Positions 1 through 7,812 of a stretch of DNA of 32,000 bases are shown in pieces. Both the position numbers and the translations under genes were made by a program. Under the pieces are notes generated by a model. It was not told the origin of the DNA, searched no databases, and saw only the letters and a list, made by a program, of their open reading frames with translations. The DNA comes from Candidatus Methanoperedens sp. (GTDB lineage: Archaea > Halobacteriota > Methanosarcinia > Methanosarcinales > Methanoperedenaceae): positions 6,038 through 38,037 of the forward strand of contig JAQUQX010000014.1 in NCBI GenBank assembly GCA_028715885.1. The letters are read 5' to 3'. The number at the start of each line of letters is the position of its first letter. The first letter of the stretch is position 1.

Positions 1-534
1 GAATTCATCCTGCTCTTCCCGTGTGACATGATATTTTTCTGCTACGTTCTCTGCTGTAATTCCCATGTGATAATTTCCAAAAACATCCCACAGCCCATCA
101 TATATCATCAAATCCACAACTTCATCGTTGCCCATCTTTGCTCCCCAGCGGTTTTTTTTCAGGGCATACGGAGCCATGGACATGGACTCCATGCCTCCTG
201 CCAGCACAACATCCGCATCACCCAGCATGATGGATTGCGCCCCCAGAACAACCGATTTCAAGCCCGAGCCGCACACTTTGTTCACGCAAAAGGAAGGTAT
301 CTCTTTTGGAATTCCCGCTCCGATTGCGGCCTGTCTTGCCACATTCTGACCGTGACCTGCTGATAGAACATTTCCCATGACGACTTCTTCAACTTCACTT
401 TGTTCAACATTTACCCTTTTCAGGGCATCTTTCAGTACCACAGAACCAAGCTGTCCGGGACTGAAATCCTTAAGACTTCCCCCGAACTTCCCAACTGCAG
501 TTCTTGTTGCCGATACAATAACTACATTATTCAT
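1..534 (-). CDS. phaA: acetyl-CoA C-acetyltransferase (thiolase II), N-terminal 178 codons; the 3' end lies beyond the window edge
   Basis: Absent from the ORF track because it runs off the window. Manual reverse-strand translation from ATG 534..532 gives [24 protein letters not shown]...[38 protein letters not shown]...[21 protein letters not shown]. It contains the thiolase active-site Cys context (VCGSGL). It is co-directional with and immediately downstream of phaB. Confidence 0.9.
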   Translation of the reverse strand, partial: MNNVVIVSATRTAVGKFGGSLKDFSPGQLGSVVLKDALKRVNVEQSEVEEVVMGNVLSAGHGQNVARQAAIGAGIPKEIPSFCVNKVCGSGLKSVVLGAQSIMLGDADVVLAGGMESMSMAPYALKKNRWGAKMGNDEVVDLMIYDGLWDVFGNYHMGITAENVAEKYHVTREEQDEF

Positions 535-562
535 ATTTTCACCTAATTTTTATATACAACTC

Positions 563-1300
563 TCAAATTATTAATCCGCCATCAACACAGAGCACAGCCC
601 CATTTACAAAGTTTGCCTCGTCTGAAGCAAGATACAAATATGCATATGCAACATCCTTTGGCTCACCTAGCCTGCGCAGCGGAGTTTTTTCTTTCATCAT
701 TTCAAGTATTTTTTCAGGGACATTTGAGGTCATTGGAGTGGCAATAAATCCTGGCGCCACTGCATTGACCCGTATCCCTTTTTTACCGAGTTCCTTTGCC
801 AGGGTCTTTGTCATACCAATGAGACCGGCTTTAGTTGCAGCATAATTGACCTGCCCGACATTGCCGTTGAGTCCTACGATCGATGATGTATTGATAATTA
901 CGCCATTCCCCTGGTTCATCATGACTTCAACTACAGACTGGGTGCAGTTAAAAACACCTTTAAGATTGACGTTGACGACCTTATCCCACTGTTCCTCAGT
1001 CATTTTAGATAAAAAGGCATCCTGAACAATGCCTGCATTATTTATCAAAACGTCTATTTTACCATATTTTTCAAGAGTAATTTTAACCATCTGTTTCGAT
1101 TGTTCTCTGTTGGTTACATCCAGTTTAGCAAAAAATCCCTCTCCGTTTTTCTTTATCTCTTCTACTGTTTCATTCCCGCCCTTTTCATTTACATCTGCGA
1201 CAACGACTTTAGCTCCTTCTCTTGCAAACAGGAGCGCAGTCTCTTTACCAATACCGCTTCCGGCTCCTGTAATAATTGCAACTTTATTTTCAAGTCTCAT
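563..1300 (-). CDS. phaB: acetoacetyl-CoA reductase / 3-oxoacyl reductase (classical SDR, FabG/PhaB type)
   Basis: 245 aa with an ATG start. SDR motifs present: TGAGSGIG, NNAG and Y-x3-K (YAATKAG). A 4-nt ATGA overlap with the phaC stop. Located between phaC and the thiolase. Confidence 0.85.
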   Translation of the reverse strand: MRLENKVAIITGAGSGIGKETALLFAREGAKVVVADVNEKGGNETVEEIKKNGEGFFAKLDVTNREQSKQMVKITLEKYGKIDVLINNAGIVQDAFLSKMTEEQWDKVVNVNLKGVFNCTQSVVEVMMNQGNGVIINTSSIVGLNGNVGQVNYAATKAGLIGMTKTLAKELGKKGIRVNAVAPGFIATPMTSNVPEKILEMMKEKTPLRRLGEPKDVAYAYLYLASDEANFVNGAVLCVDGGLII

Positions 1301-2436
1301 TTTAACTTCTCCTTGCTCTTTCGGCCATTTCTTTGCTGTTCAGACTTCTCCCCTTTGTTTCCCCCAAGAGATCTCGGCTTTAGCCACTCAGTAATCTTAG
1401 GACAGACCTCTTTCTGGGATTTTCCACCCACAAATATTCCTATATGACCGGTGGGGAAGACAAGTATTTCTTTATCTGAACTTGATACCGCATCATTCAG
1501 GGGTTTACTTGCCTCATTCGGGACGAGGTGGTCAAATTTTGCCATGACATTAAGCAGTGGCATGGATATGTTTTTCAAATTGATCTTCGTACCATTGAGC
1601 GTCATCTCATTCTTGATGAGAAGGTTCTTCTGGTAGCAGTCTTTCATGAACTGCCTGAAGGTTTCCCCTGCCTGGTCGGGACTGTCAAATATCCATTTTT
1701 CCATTCTCAGGAAATTCTTTATATAATCTTCATTTCGAATTGAGCAGGTTGTATCATCAGGATTGCATTCGATCCGGTCAAACATGCCTACATACTTGTC
1801 GATCATAAGCCTGAATGGGTCAAGTAGCAAGAACCCTGAATTCAGGAAATCTCCGGGCACTATTCCATAGTAGTCCACGATCTTGTCCACGTCTAAGCTT
1901 TTTGCCCATATATTAAGAATCCCTTTATCGGTATCGAAGTCCACTGGAGCCACCAGGGTAACCAGGTTTTTTACCTTTTCAGGGTGCTGTGCGGCATACA
2001 TCACAGAAAAAGTCCCGCCCTGACATACACCCATCAGAGTGATCTTATCCAGCCCGGAGAGCTCTCTGATCTTATCTACAGAATTATTTAAATAACCGTT
2101 CACATAATCGTCGAGTGTTAGGTATCTGTCTGTACCTGATGGATAACCCCAGTCAATGACATAAACATCAAAACCTTCGTCCAAAAGCTTCTTAATTACA
2201 CTCTTATCAGGTTGGAGATCCAGAATGTAGTACCGGTTTACGAGTGCATACACTATAAGTATTGGAATGTGATGTGGTTTTTCCACAGTTGGGATATAAT
2301 GGATGAGTTTCATTTTATCTTCGGTATAAATGATATCCGATGGCGTTGTTCCAACCGAAAATTCGGGTGGTTTCAGAAATAATTCCACCCCATGTTTGAA
2401 TTTTTCAAAATCTTCTATTAAAATAAGTCCGTTCAT
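1297..2436 (-). CDS. phaC: class III-type poly(3-hydroxyalkanoate) synthase catalytic subunit PhaC
   Basis: 379 aa alpha/beta-hydrolase-like protein with the lipase-box variant GVCQGG (G-x-C-x-G-G, catalytic Cys). A conserved His context (PTGHIGIFVG) lies near the C-terminus, followed by a Lys/Glu-rich tail. Adjacent to phaE. Confidence 0.88.
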   Translation of the reverse strand: MNGLILIEDFEKFKHGVELFLKPPEFSVGTTPSDIIYTEDKMKLIHYIPTVEKPHHIPILIVYALVNRYYILDLQPDKSVIKKLLDEGFDVYVIDWGYPSGTDRYLTLDDYVNGYLNNSVDKIRELSGLDKITLMGVCQGGTFSVMYAAQHPEKVKNLVTLVAPVDFDTDKGILNIWAKSLDVDKIVDYYGIVPGDFLNSGFLLLDPFRLMIDKYVGMFDRIECNPDDTTCSIRNEDYIKNFLRMEKWIFDSPDQAGETFRQFMKDCYQKNLLIKNEMTLNGTKINLKNISMPLLNVMAKFDHLVPNEASKPLNDAVSSSDKEILVFPTGHIGIFVGGKSQKEVCPKITEWLKPRSLGGNKGEKSEQQRNGRKSKEKLK

Positions 2437-2457
2437 GGCATCTCCTTACCCAAAACC

Positions 2458-3006
2458 CTATTTTTTCTCTTCTAGAGCTTTGATCTGGCTGGTTAGTTCC
2501 TTTACTGTTTTCTTAAGAGAATACAACTCTTTGTTGATCTCATCGATTTCCGTCTTTGTAGGGAGATTCATGGGTTTCAGATAATTCTCTTCGAGCATTT
2601 CCCTGTTGTATTTTTGAAAATCCATTAAATGCGAATTCAATTTCCCCATGTCCGATGCAAAGTGGCCAGATTTCATGAATTCCTTGAAGGTCTCGCTATA
2701 CGTCTCGATCCAGATATTGTAAAATTCCTTGTATTTCTCAGGACTTATCTCACCGTTCATATCTGGCGCTGTCTTTTCCTGCACTTTCTGCATTGCTTCC
2801 ATGAATACGCTCTGGAAATTGGAATTGGAATCCATCCCTGCTGCATAAAGGTTAACAAAAGTAGAGAAACCCTTCATCATTTTTTCAGATTTCTCACGTG
2901 CTGGACCCAGTGCAGGCATCTCTACGAGCCTGCCTGTGGTGGCGTTGTATACATTTAACCACTGGTCAAAAAATTCCTGGGTGGATTCAAAACTGGATTT
3001 TTCCAT
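2458..3006 (-). CDS. phaE: PHA synthase subunit PhaE (short archaeal-type)
   Basis: 182 aa, located 21 nt upstream of phaC. C-terminal coiled-coil segment LPTKTEIDEINKELYSLKKTVKELTSQIKALEEKK. Carries one PEKYKEFYNIW motif shared with the upstream repeat protein. The stop codon is TAG. Confidence 0.7.
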   Translation of the reverse strand: MEKSSFESTQEFFDQWLNVYNATTGRLVEMPALGPAREKSEKMMKGFSTFVNLYAAGMDSNSNFQSVFMEAMQKVQEKTAPDMNGEISPEKYKEFYNIWIETYSETFKEFMKSGHFASDMGKLNSHLMDFQKYNREMLEENYLKPMNLPTKTEIDEINKELYSLKKTVKELTSQIKALEEKK

Positions 3007-3008
3007 AT

Positions 3009-4121
3009 TTAAACCGTGTCTTTGGAGGTGTGATACGATTTTACCCAGATATTTGACATGTTGCTAAATGTATCTGCGTATATCTTGGCAGCATTCTTCA
3101 CAGGCTCCATAATCTCCTTAAACGGGCTGAATGTGGGTGTGTTCTCAAAGAAGTTATCAAATGCCTTTCCATACATTTTTGCCCAGAGATTATAAAGTTC
3201 TTTATATGCCTCCGGGTCAGCGCCCTGCTTTGATAGTTCATCAGCTTTCTGTGACAGTTTTCCAAGAGTTGCTATCCAGGATTTGTAGAGGTTCTGATTG
3301 ACGTTTGCGCTGCGCTCAAATTGCTCTAATACTTCCTTTGAAGGTCTCATGGACTGGGCATCAAACATCCTGCCATAGAGCTCCTGATATGTGTTCATCC
3401 ATAAGGTATGAAATTCCTTATAGGCTTCAGGGCTCGCATTCCCCCGGGAGATCTCTGCTGATTTCATAGAAAGCTTCAGCATGGAGTCAGCATACGGCGC
3501 ATATAGCTTTGCGTATGAATCTTTCCATATTTTTGATATCTGCTCAAATGCCTCTGAATATATGTCGGGTGTTCCTGTGATGTTCTCAAATATCTCCTTC
3601 ATATTTTGCTGCAATGGCAGTGTAAGAAGCTCGTTGAGCATTTTCCCATAGGACTTTATCCACATATCATAGACTTCTTTATATTTTGCAGGATCTGCTT
3701 CGCACTGGAGTACTTCGCGGGTCGCTCTTGAATTCTCATCTAATTCGGCTATCCATGAACTGTATATTTTATTTGATTCCTCTGCGCTAACCAGGAGTTT
3801 CTCAAATGTTTCCTTATTGGATTCCAGGGTCGGGATTTGATAAAATTTACCGAAACTGTTCTGGGAGGTTTTCAACCATTCTCCATAAAATTCCTTATAT
3901 GTTTCCGGTGCAGCATCCTTTGAGAGTTCAAACGCTTTCCCGAAAAGCGCTTCTGTGGATTCGAACCAGGGCTTGTATAGCTTTAAGTAGGAATCTTCCC
4001 ACATTTTTGATACTGCTGTGTAGCTGTCTTCGCATGTCTTGAAACTATTCTTTTTTTCTGTGTGGATATCTGCTTTGTGGATATCTTTTCTTTCTTCAGA
4101 TTTTCTTACCATACTATTCAT
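3009..4121 (-). CDS. PhaE-motif repeat protein, putative PHA-granule-associated (phasin-like) protein
   Basis: 370 aa with an ATG start, ending 2 nt upstream of phaE. Four copies of P-[EA]-x-Y-K-E-[FVL]-[YH]-x-x-W at aa 72, 144, 231 and 303, within an (AB)2 internal duplication. No signal peptide or TM segment. Confidence 0.6.
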   Translation of the reverse strand: MNSMVRKSEERKDIHKADIHTEKKNSFKTCEDSYTAVSKMWEDSYLKLYKPWFESTEALFGKAFELSKDAAPETYKEFYGEWLKTSQNSFGKFYQIPTLESNKETFEKLLVSAEESNKIYSSWIAELDENSRATREVLQCEADPAKYKEVYDMWIKSYGKMLNELLTLPLQQNMKEIFENITGTPDIYSEAFEQISKIWKDSYAKLYAPYADSMLKLSMKSAEISRGNASPEAYKEFHTLWMNTYQELYGRMFDAQSMRPSKEVLEQFERSANVNQNLYKSWIATLGKLSQKADELSKQGADPEAYKELYNLWAKMYGKAFDNFFENTPTFSPFKEIMEPVKNAAKIYADTFSNMSNIWVKSYHTSKDTV

Positions 4122-4175
4122 CTCTTTTTATTTTTTATTAAATACGGGGTCTTTATTTCCCGGATTCCCAGAATT

Positions 4176-4195
4176 CCCCGGAATTAATTCCGGGG
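4176..4195. promoter_or_regulatory. perfect 20-bp palindrome CCCCGGAATTAATTCCGGGG upstream of the PHA operon; candidate operator
   Basis: Read directly and self-complementary over all 20 nt. It lies 55-74 nt upstream of the 4121 start codon. GGGGTCTT occurs three times nearby (4146, 4192, 4201) and TCCGGGG twice. This is a G/C-rich island in an otherwise AT-rich spacer. Confidence 0.4.
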
Positions 4196-4247
4196 TCTTC
4201 GGGGTCTTTTTCCGGGGTATTATCTTCTCAACCAGTGGTATTGAATT

Positions 4248-4403
4248 TCAACCCACCAACTTTTCGATATCAAGCAAAGGTATGTGATATTCTTTAGATA
4301 TCTCGAATTCTGCCTTGATCAAGGCTTCATTTTCGTTCATATCTGTGTGCATGAATGCCATCTTTCTTTTTGAAATTGCTGTCAATACATCAAATATATC
4401 CAT
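4248..4403 (-). CDS. small hypothetical ORF (51 aa), below the ORF-track cutoff
   Basis: Manual translation gives MDIFDVLTAISKRKMAFMHTDMNENEALIKAEFEISKEYHIPLLDIEKLVG, with ATG 4403..4401 and a TGA stop. It sits between the 100-aa ORF and the palindrome. There is no clear SD. Whether it is coding is uncertain. Confidence 0.25.
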   Translation of the reverse strand: MDIFDVLTAISKRKMAFMHTDMNENEALIKAEFEISKEYHIPLLDIEKLVG

Positions 4404-4438
4404 GTGTGGTCAACTTACCCCTGGGTTTTGTTCAGCAT

Positions 4439-4741
4439 TTATTCTAACATTTCGTCTGTACTTAGCAGGTATCTTGCTCTTTCCATGTTTATCTCCTCAA
4501 CCATCTTCCATGAAGACCAGTTATGGATGAGTGCTTCTTTGGGAAAAAACTTCATGAAACCTGGTACTGATCCCAAAGTCTTCTCTATATCTCCAAGCGT
4601 ATCTTCATATAACTCATCAAGGTTGACATTAGAATAGAGATAATCTCCATTTCCCACATCAACCGTGATGTCAGCAAACGGCCCTTCATGATTAATTTGC
4701 TGGACGATACCCTCCGGTACATTTATTTCTTTAAATTCCAT
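4439..4741 (-). CDS. hypothetical protein (100 aa)
   Basis: The ORF track starts at GTG 4750. ATG at 4741 is preceded by AGGTGA (4752..4747) with 5-nt spacing, so it is preferred. The C-terminal half (LGSVPGFMKFFPKEALIHNWSSWK) faintly recalls the start of carboxymuconolactone-decarboxylase-family proteins, but the domain would be incomplete. Confidence 0.5.
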   Translation of the reverse strand: MEFKEINVPEGIVQQINHEGPFADITVDVGNGDYLYSNVNLDELYEDTLGDIEKTLGSVPGFMKFFPKEALIHNWSSWKMVEEINMERARYLLSTDEMLE

Positions 4742-5167
4742 GTATTTCACCTTTTAATTAGTTCCCCTGAAGTAATTCAAGGGTAATATTCCTGAACCCA
4801 GTAGTCCCTATTGCTGCTAGGCTCTCATAACAACCCCACAACCTTACATATCGGGCAATGTCCTAATAGTCACCCCCATATATATAGTTACCCATTATAT
4901 ATTTTTGTTTTATATAGTAATAATTACATTTAGTATTAATTATTAAATTTACATATAACTATTCTCGATTTCCTATTAAATTCCACCTTCCGATTGCTGG
5001 TGAATCTTACTCTATGTTTCCACCGGCACTTCCTCTAACATCATTATATAGATTTTTATGTTCATAGTATCCCTCTTTTGTGTTTTATTGGATTCATTTA
5101 GAACCACCAAATATCTATACAACGGCAAATATTATCAAGTTAAACCACAATCCTGAAGTACCGCAAA

Positions 5168-5758
5168 ATGAATATTCACTATAAAAATATTACCATCAAA
5201 ACCACGCCTTCGGTTTATGAGCCTTCAGAGGATTCTTTTTTGCTTGCGGAGGCTGCATTATCCGAGATAAAAGACTCGGAAAGGATTCTGGAAGTGGGGT
5301 GCGGGAGCGGGATAATTTCTGCATTGATAAAAACCAATACAAAAGCAAAAATCGTGGGGATTGACATTAACCCATACGCTGCAGCATGCACAAAGGAAAA
5401 TGATATTGATGTGATACGAGGGGATTTGTTAAATGCCATTAAAGGAAAATTTGATATGATTATATTTAATCCTCCGTATCTTCCAACTGCAAAAGAGGAA
5501 TCGACAGAAGACTGGATTAATGTAGCCCTGGATGGGGGATATGATGGCAGGAGAATAATCTGGCGGTTTCTTGAGGATGCGGGTAATCACCTTGCAGAAA
5601 ATGGGCGGATTCTGATGTTAGTATCGTCGCTGACAGGGATAGAAGAGATAAAATCAAAGATGAGAGCTATGAACTATGCCATTGAAGACCTGATTCAGGA
5701 GAGATTTATGTTTGAGCAGCTCACCGTGATAAAAGGCACTAAAATACATGCCCCTTAA
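5168..5758 (+). CDS. HemK-related SAM-dependent methyltransferase (N5-glutamine methyltransferase family)
   Basis: 196 aa. SAM motif I is EVGCGSGIIS and the catalytic NPPY motif is IIFNPPYLP. The size is typical of the short archaeal HemK-related methylases. Confidence 0.85.
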   Translation: MNIHYKNITIKTTPSVYEPSEDSFLLAEAALSEIKDSERILEVGCGSGIISALIKTNTKAKIVGIDINPYAAACTKENDIDVIRGDLLNAIKGKFDMIIFNPPYLPTAKEESTEDWINVALDGGYDGRRIIWRFLEDAGNHLAENGRILMLVSSLTGIEEIKSKMRAMNYAIEDLIQERFMFEQLTVIKGTKIHAP

Positions 5759-5765
5759 ATCTCAA

Positions 5766-6047
5766 TTAAACTTCAATCTCCGCGAACCTGTCTATATCAG
5801 TCCTGTGACCCCAGATATCCCCGACAAGAAGTTTTATATTTTTCATTTTCAAAAGCGTTTTCGTTGTGTTTGAAATCGTTTTGTGATACGATGAGGGAAG
5901 CTGTATTCTCTTCAGCTTCGGGCTTTTCATCACAAGTTCAAAAATGTTTTTTTCAGATGGTCTGAAACAGAAATGTACATTTTCTTCTTTCCCGTCGATA
6001 TCTTTGAGGTCTTCCTCTGAACCAATTATTCTGAAAACGACTTTCAT
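5766..6047 (-). CDS. hypothetical protein (93 aa)
   Basis: ATG start and TAA stop. Divergent from the FeS/fwd module. No recognisable motif. Confidence 0.45.
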   Translation of the reverse strand: MKVVFRIIGSEEDLKDIDGKEENVHFCFRPSEKNIFELVMKSPKLKRIQLPSSYHKTISNTTKTLLKMKNIKLLVGDIWGHRTDIDRFAEIEV

Positions 6048-6135
6048 AATATGTATATATGGTAAATTCTACTATTTATATTTTTTACTTTGGAGAATCA
6101 TAACATTTATACATTATAAAACTAATTCCCCACGC

Positions 6136-6594
6136 ATGGTTACAGTGATGGAGCTTTACAGGCTCCTGCCCGGAACCAACTGCAAGAAATGCGGTGAATC
6201 AACATGCATGGCTTTTGCGGTTGCCTTGCTTTCAAGGAAAAAGAATATACCCGAATGCATCCCCATACTTTTGGAAAATTTCAAAAAACAGAAAGAGAAA
6301 CTTGAATTGCTGCTTTTACCTTCCGCTGGCGCAGAAGAAACAGGCATGATTATTCATCCGGAACTGTGCACAGGATGCGGCAACTGCGTAGTCGCATGCC
6401 CTGTTGATGTCGCCAATGACCCCAGAGGCGCGGCTGTGGGATGCGCTCCCACCAACGATAAAGTGATATTCAAGGTGAAGGACGGCAAAGTTGTGGCTTT
6501 AAACATCAAGGAATGCCGGCGATTCGGGAAGAACAGGGTACTCTGCTATGCATGCATAGACCCATGCCCGGCAGGCGCCATCGAGTTCGTGTAG
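6136..6594 (+). CDS. iron-sulfur protein: N-terminal RnfB/AcsC-type putative Fe-S domain fused to a 2x[4Fe-4S] ferredoxin-like domain
   Basis: The track ORF 5944..6594 is trimmed to the first ATG (6136; an alternative ATG is at 6148). The N-terminus LPGTNCKKCGESTCMAFAVALL matches the LPxxNCxxCGxxxCxxFA signature at the N-termini of RnfB and the corrinoid Fe-S protein large subunit. It is followed by CTGCGNCVVACP and a second degenerate cluster C..CIDPCP. The stop is TAG, and the ORF is in frame with the next gene. Confidence 0.7.
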   Translation: MVTVMELYRLLPGTNCKKCGESTCMAFAVALLSRKKNIPECIPILLENFKKQKEKLELLLLPSAGAEETGMIIHPELCTGCGNCVVACPVDVANDPRGAAVGCAPTNDKVIFKVKDGKVVALNIKECRRFGKNRVLCYACIDPCPAGAIEFV

Positions 6595-6603
6595 GAGTTA
6601 TTT

Positions 6604-7812
6604 ATGGTCACCTGCCCAGGATGCGCACTGCTATGCGATGATATTGAGGTCGTTGTTGAAAATAACAGGATAAAAGAAACCAGAAATACCTGCAGGCGCG
6701 GCGCTGCAAGAATGAAAGGCTGCGTGAACAGGTTAGCGCCGTCGGTTGCACAAAAGCCAGACGATATCGAAAATGCTATCAAAAAAGCGGCGGCGATTCT
6801 TCAGAATGCAAAATCACCCATGCTTTTTGGCTGGAGCAACTCCACATGTGAAGCACAATTGGAGGGTATCCAGCTTGCAAAAAAAATGAGCGCGATAATG
6901 GATGACACCTCCTCATTTTGCCAGGGGCTCCTGATTGAAAGAATACTCCAAAAAAAGTTCAGGACATGCACGCTCGATGACATCAGGAACAAAGCAGATG
7001 TGCTTGTCTATTGGGGTTCAGACGCGCAGGATTCGCAGCCGCGGCATCTCTCGCGGTTCTCGTATTTCCCCCGCGGCGAATTACGCCAGCGCGGATACGA
7101 AGAAGACCGGATTGCGATAGCCATTGACGTGCGCGAATCCAATACTGCAAAGATATGCAAGGGGCACTTTTACAGGATTCCGCCGAAAGGAGACCGGGAA
7201 TTTATCCTCGCCCTGATGGATGCACTTTCAGGGAAAGTACCCGCGTATGAGCCAAAAAAAATGCTTGAACTGGCAGCCATATTGAAAAAAGCCGAATTCG
7301 GGGCGATATTCGTGGGCTTAGGGCTTACATATTCGATAAAAGATGATTTTGATATTTTGATACCTCTGGCGGATAAACTCCCGAATTTCAATATCATGCC
7401 CATGGTGGGTCATTACAATATGCGCGGGTTTAACGAAGCATTATTTAAAGAAACAGGTTTCGTGAACAGGGTTAAGTTTGATGGCAAAGCCATTCACGAC
7501 AGCAGATATTCTATTGTCGAGGCGCTGCGCAAAAGCATAGACGCGCTGCTCGTTGTCGGTTCAGACCCGCTCTCCAGCCTTCCCCGCTCTGTAATTCCCC
7601 ATCTTGCAAACATACCTGTAATATGCATAGACCCATGCGTTACTCTGACATCAAAAATAGCAGCGGTAACAATTCCCTGCGCTGTTTCAGGAGTGGAAAC
7701 TGGCGGCAGCACCGTAAGGATGGATGGAAAGAGGGTCGAATTATCGAAGTGTATCGAGAGTAATTATCTTAACGACAAGGAAATCCTGGCACGATTGATG
7801 GAGGCGCTCTGA
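6604..7812 (+). CDS. fwdB: formylmethanofuran dehydrogenase subunit B-like molybdo/tungstopterin protein
   Basis: 402 aa. The N-terminal [4Fe-4S] motif MVTCPGCALLCDDIEV is characteristic of FwdB/FmdB. A candidate metal-ligand Cys lies in DDTSSFCQG (Cys, not Sec). An AGGAG SD lies 6 nt upstream. A 1-nt overlap (TGATG) with the fwdD-like gene. Confidence 0.8.
   Translation: MVTCPGCALLCDDIEVVVENNRIKETRNTCRRGAARMKGCVNRLAPSVAQKPDDIENAIKKAAAILQNAKSPMLFGWSNSTCEAQLEGIQLAKKMSAIMDDTSSFCQGLLIERILQKKFRTCTLDDIRNKADVLVYWGSDAQDSQPRHLSRFSYFPRGELRQRGYEEDRIAIAIDVRESNTAKICKGHFYRIPPKGDREFILALMDALSGKVPAYEPKKMLELAAILKKAEFGAIFVGLGLTYSIKDDFDILIPLADKLPNFNIMPMVGHYNMRGFNEALFKETGFVNRVKFDGKAIHDSRYSIVEALRKSIDALLVVGSDPLSSLPRSVIPHLANIPVICIDPCVTLTSKIAAVTIPCAVSGVETGGSTVRMDGKRVELSKCIESNYLNDKEILARLMEAL

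Noticed and set aside
1-6. The window begins exactly at an EcoRI site (GAATTC), which suggested a cloning boundary
   Set aside because: GAATTC occurs many times in the window (for example at 308, 2633 and 3731). The thiolase reading frame continues through it. It is most likely a coincidence of where the window was cut.
3955-3966. GGATTCGAACC, the reverse complement of the tRNA T-arm consensus GGTTCGAATCC, on the minus strand
   Set aside because: It lies inside the repeat-protein CDS, where it encodes WFEST. The flanking bases do not form a 5-bp T stem (CCTGG versus CCACA), and no acceptor or anticodon arms can be drawn.
4248-4750. Idea that ORF 4439..4750 and the 51-codon ORF 4248..4403 are halves of a disrupted carboxymuconolactone-decarboxylase-family gene
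   Set aside because: The resemblance is limited to about 25 residues. The downstream ORF lacks the Cys/His motif of that family. No single frameshift joins the two frames without meeting stops.
4751-5167. An unusually long (417-nt) AT-rich divergent spacer with repeated TTCCACC-like words (4980, 5017, 5102); considered as a replication origin or ORB array
   Set aside because: The words are short, not arranged as inverted ORB pairs, and have no G-string element. No cdc6/orc1 gene is adjacent. It is more simply two divergent promoters.
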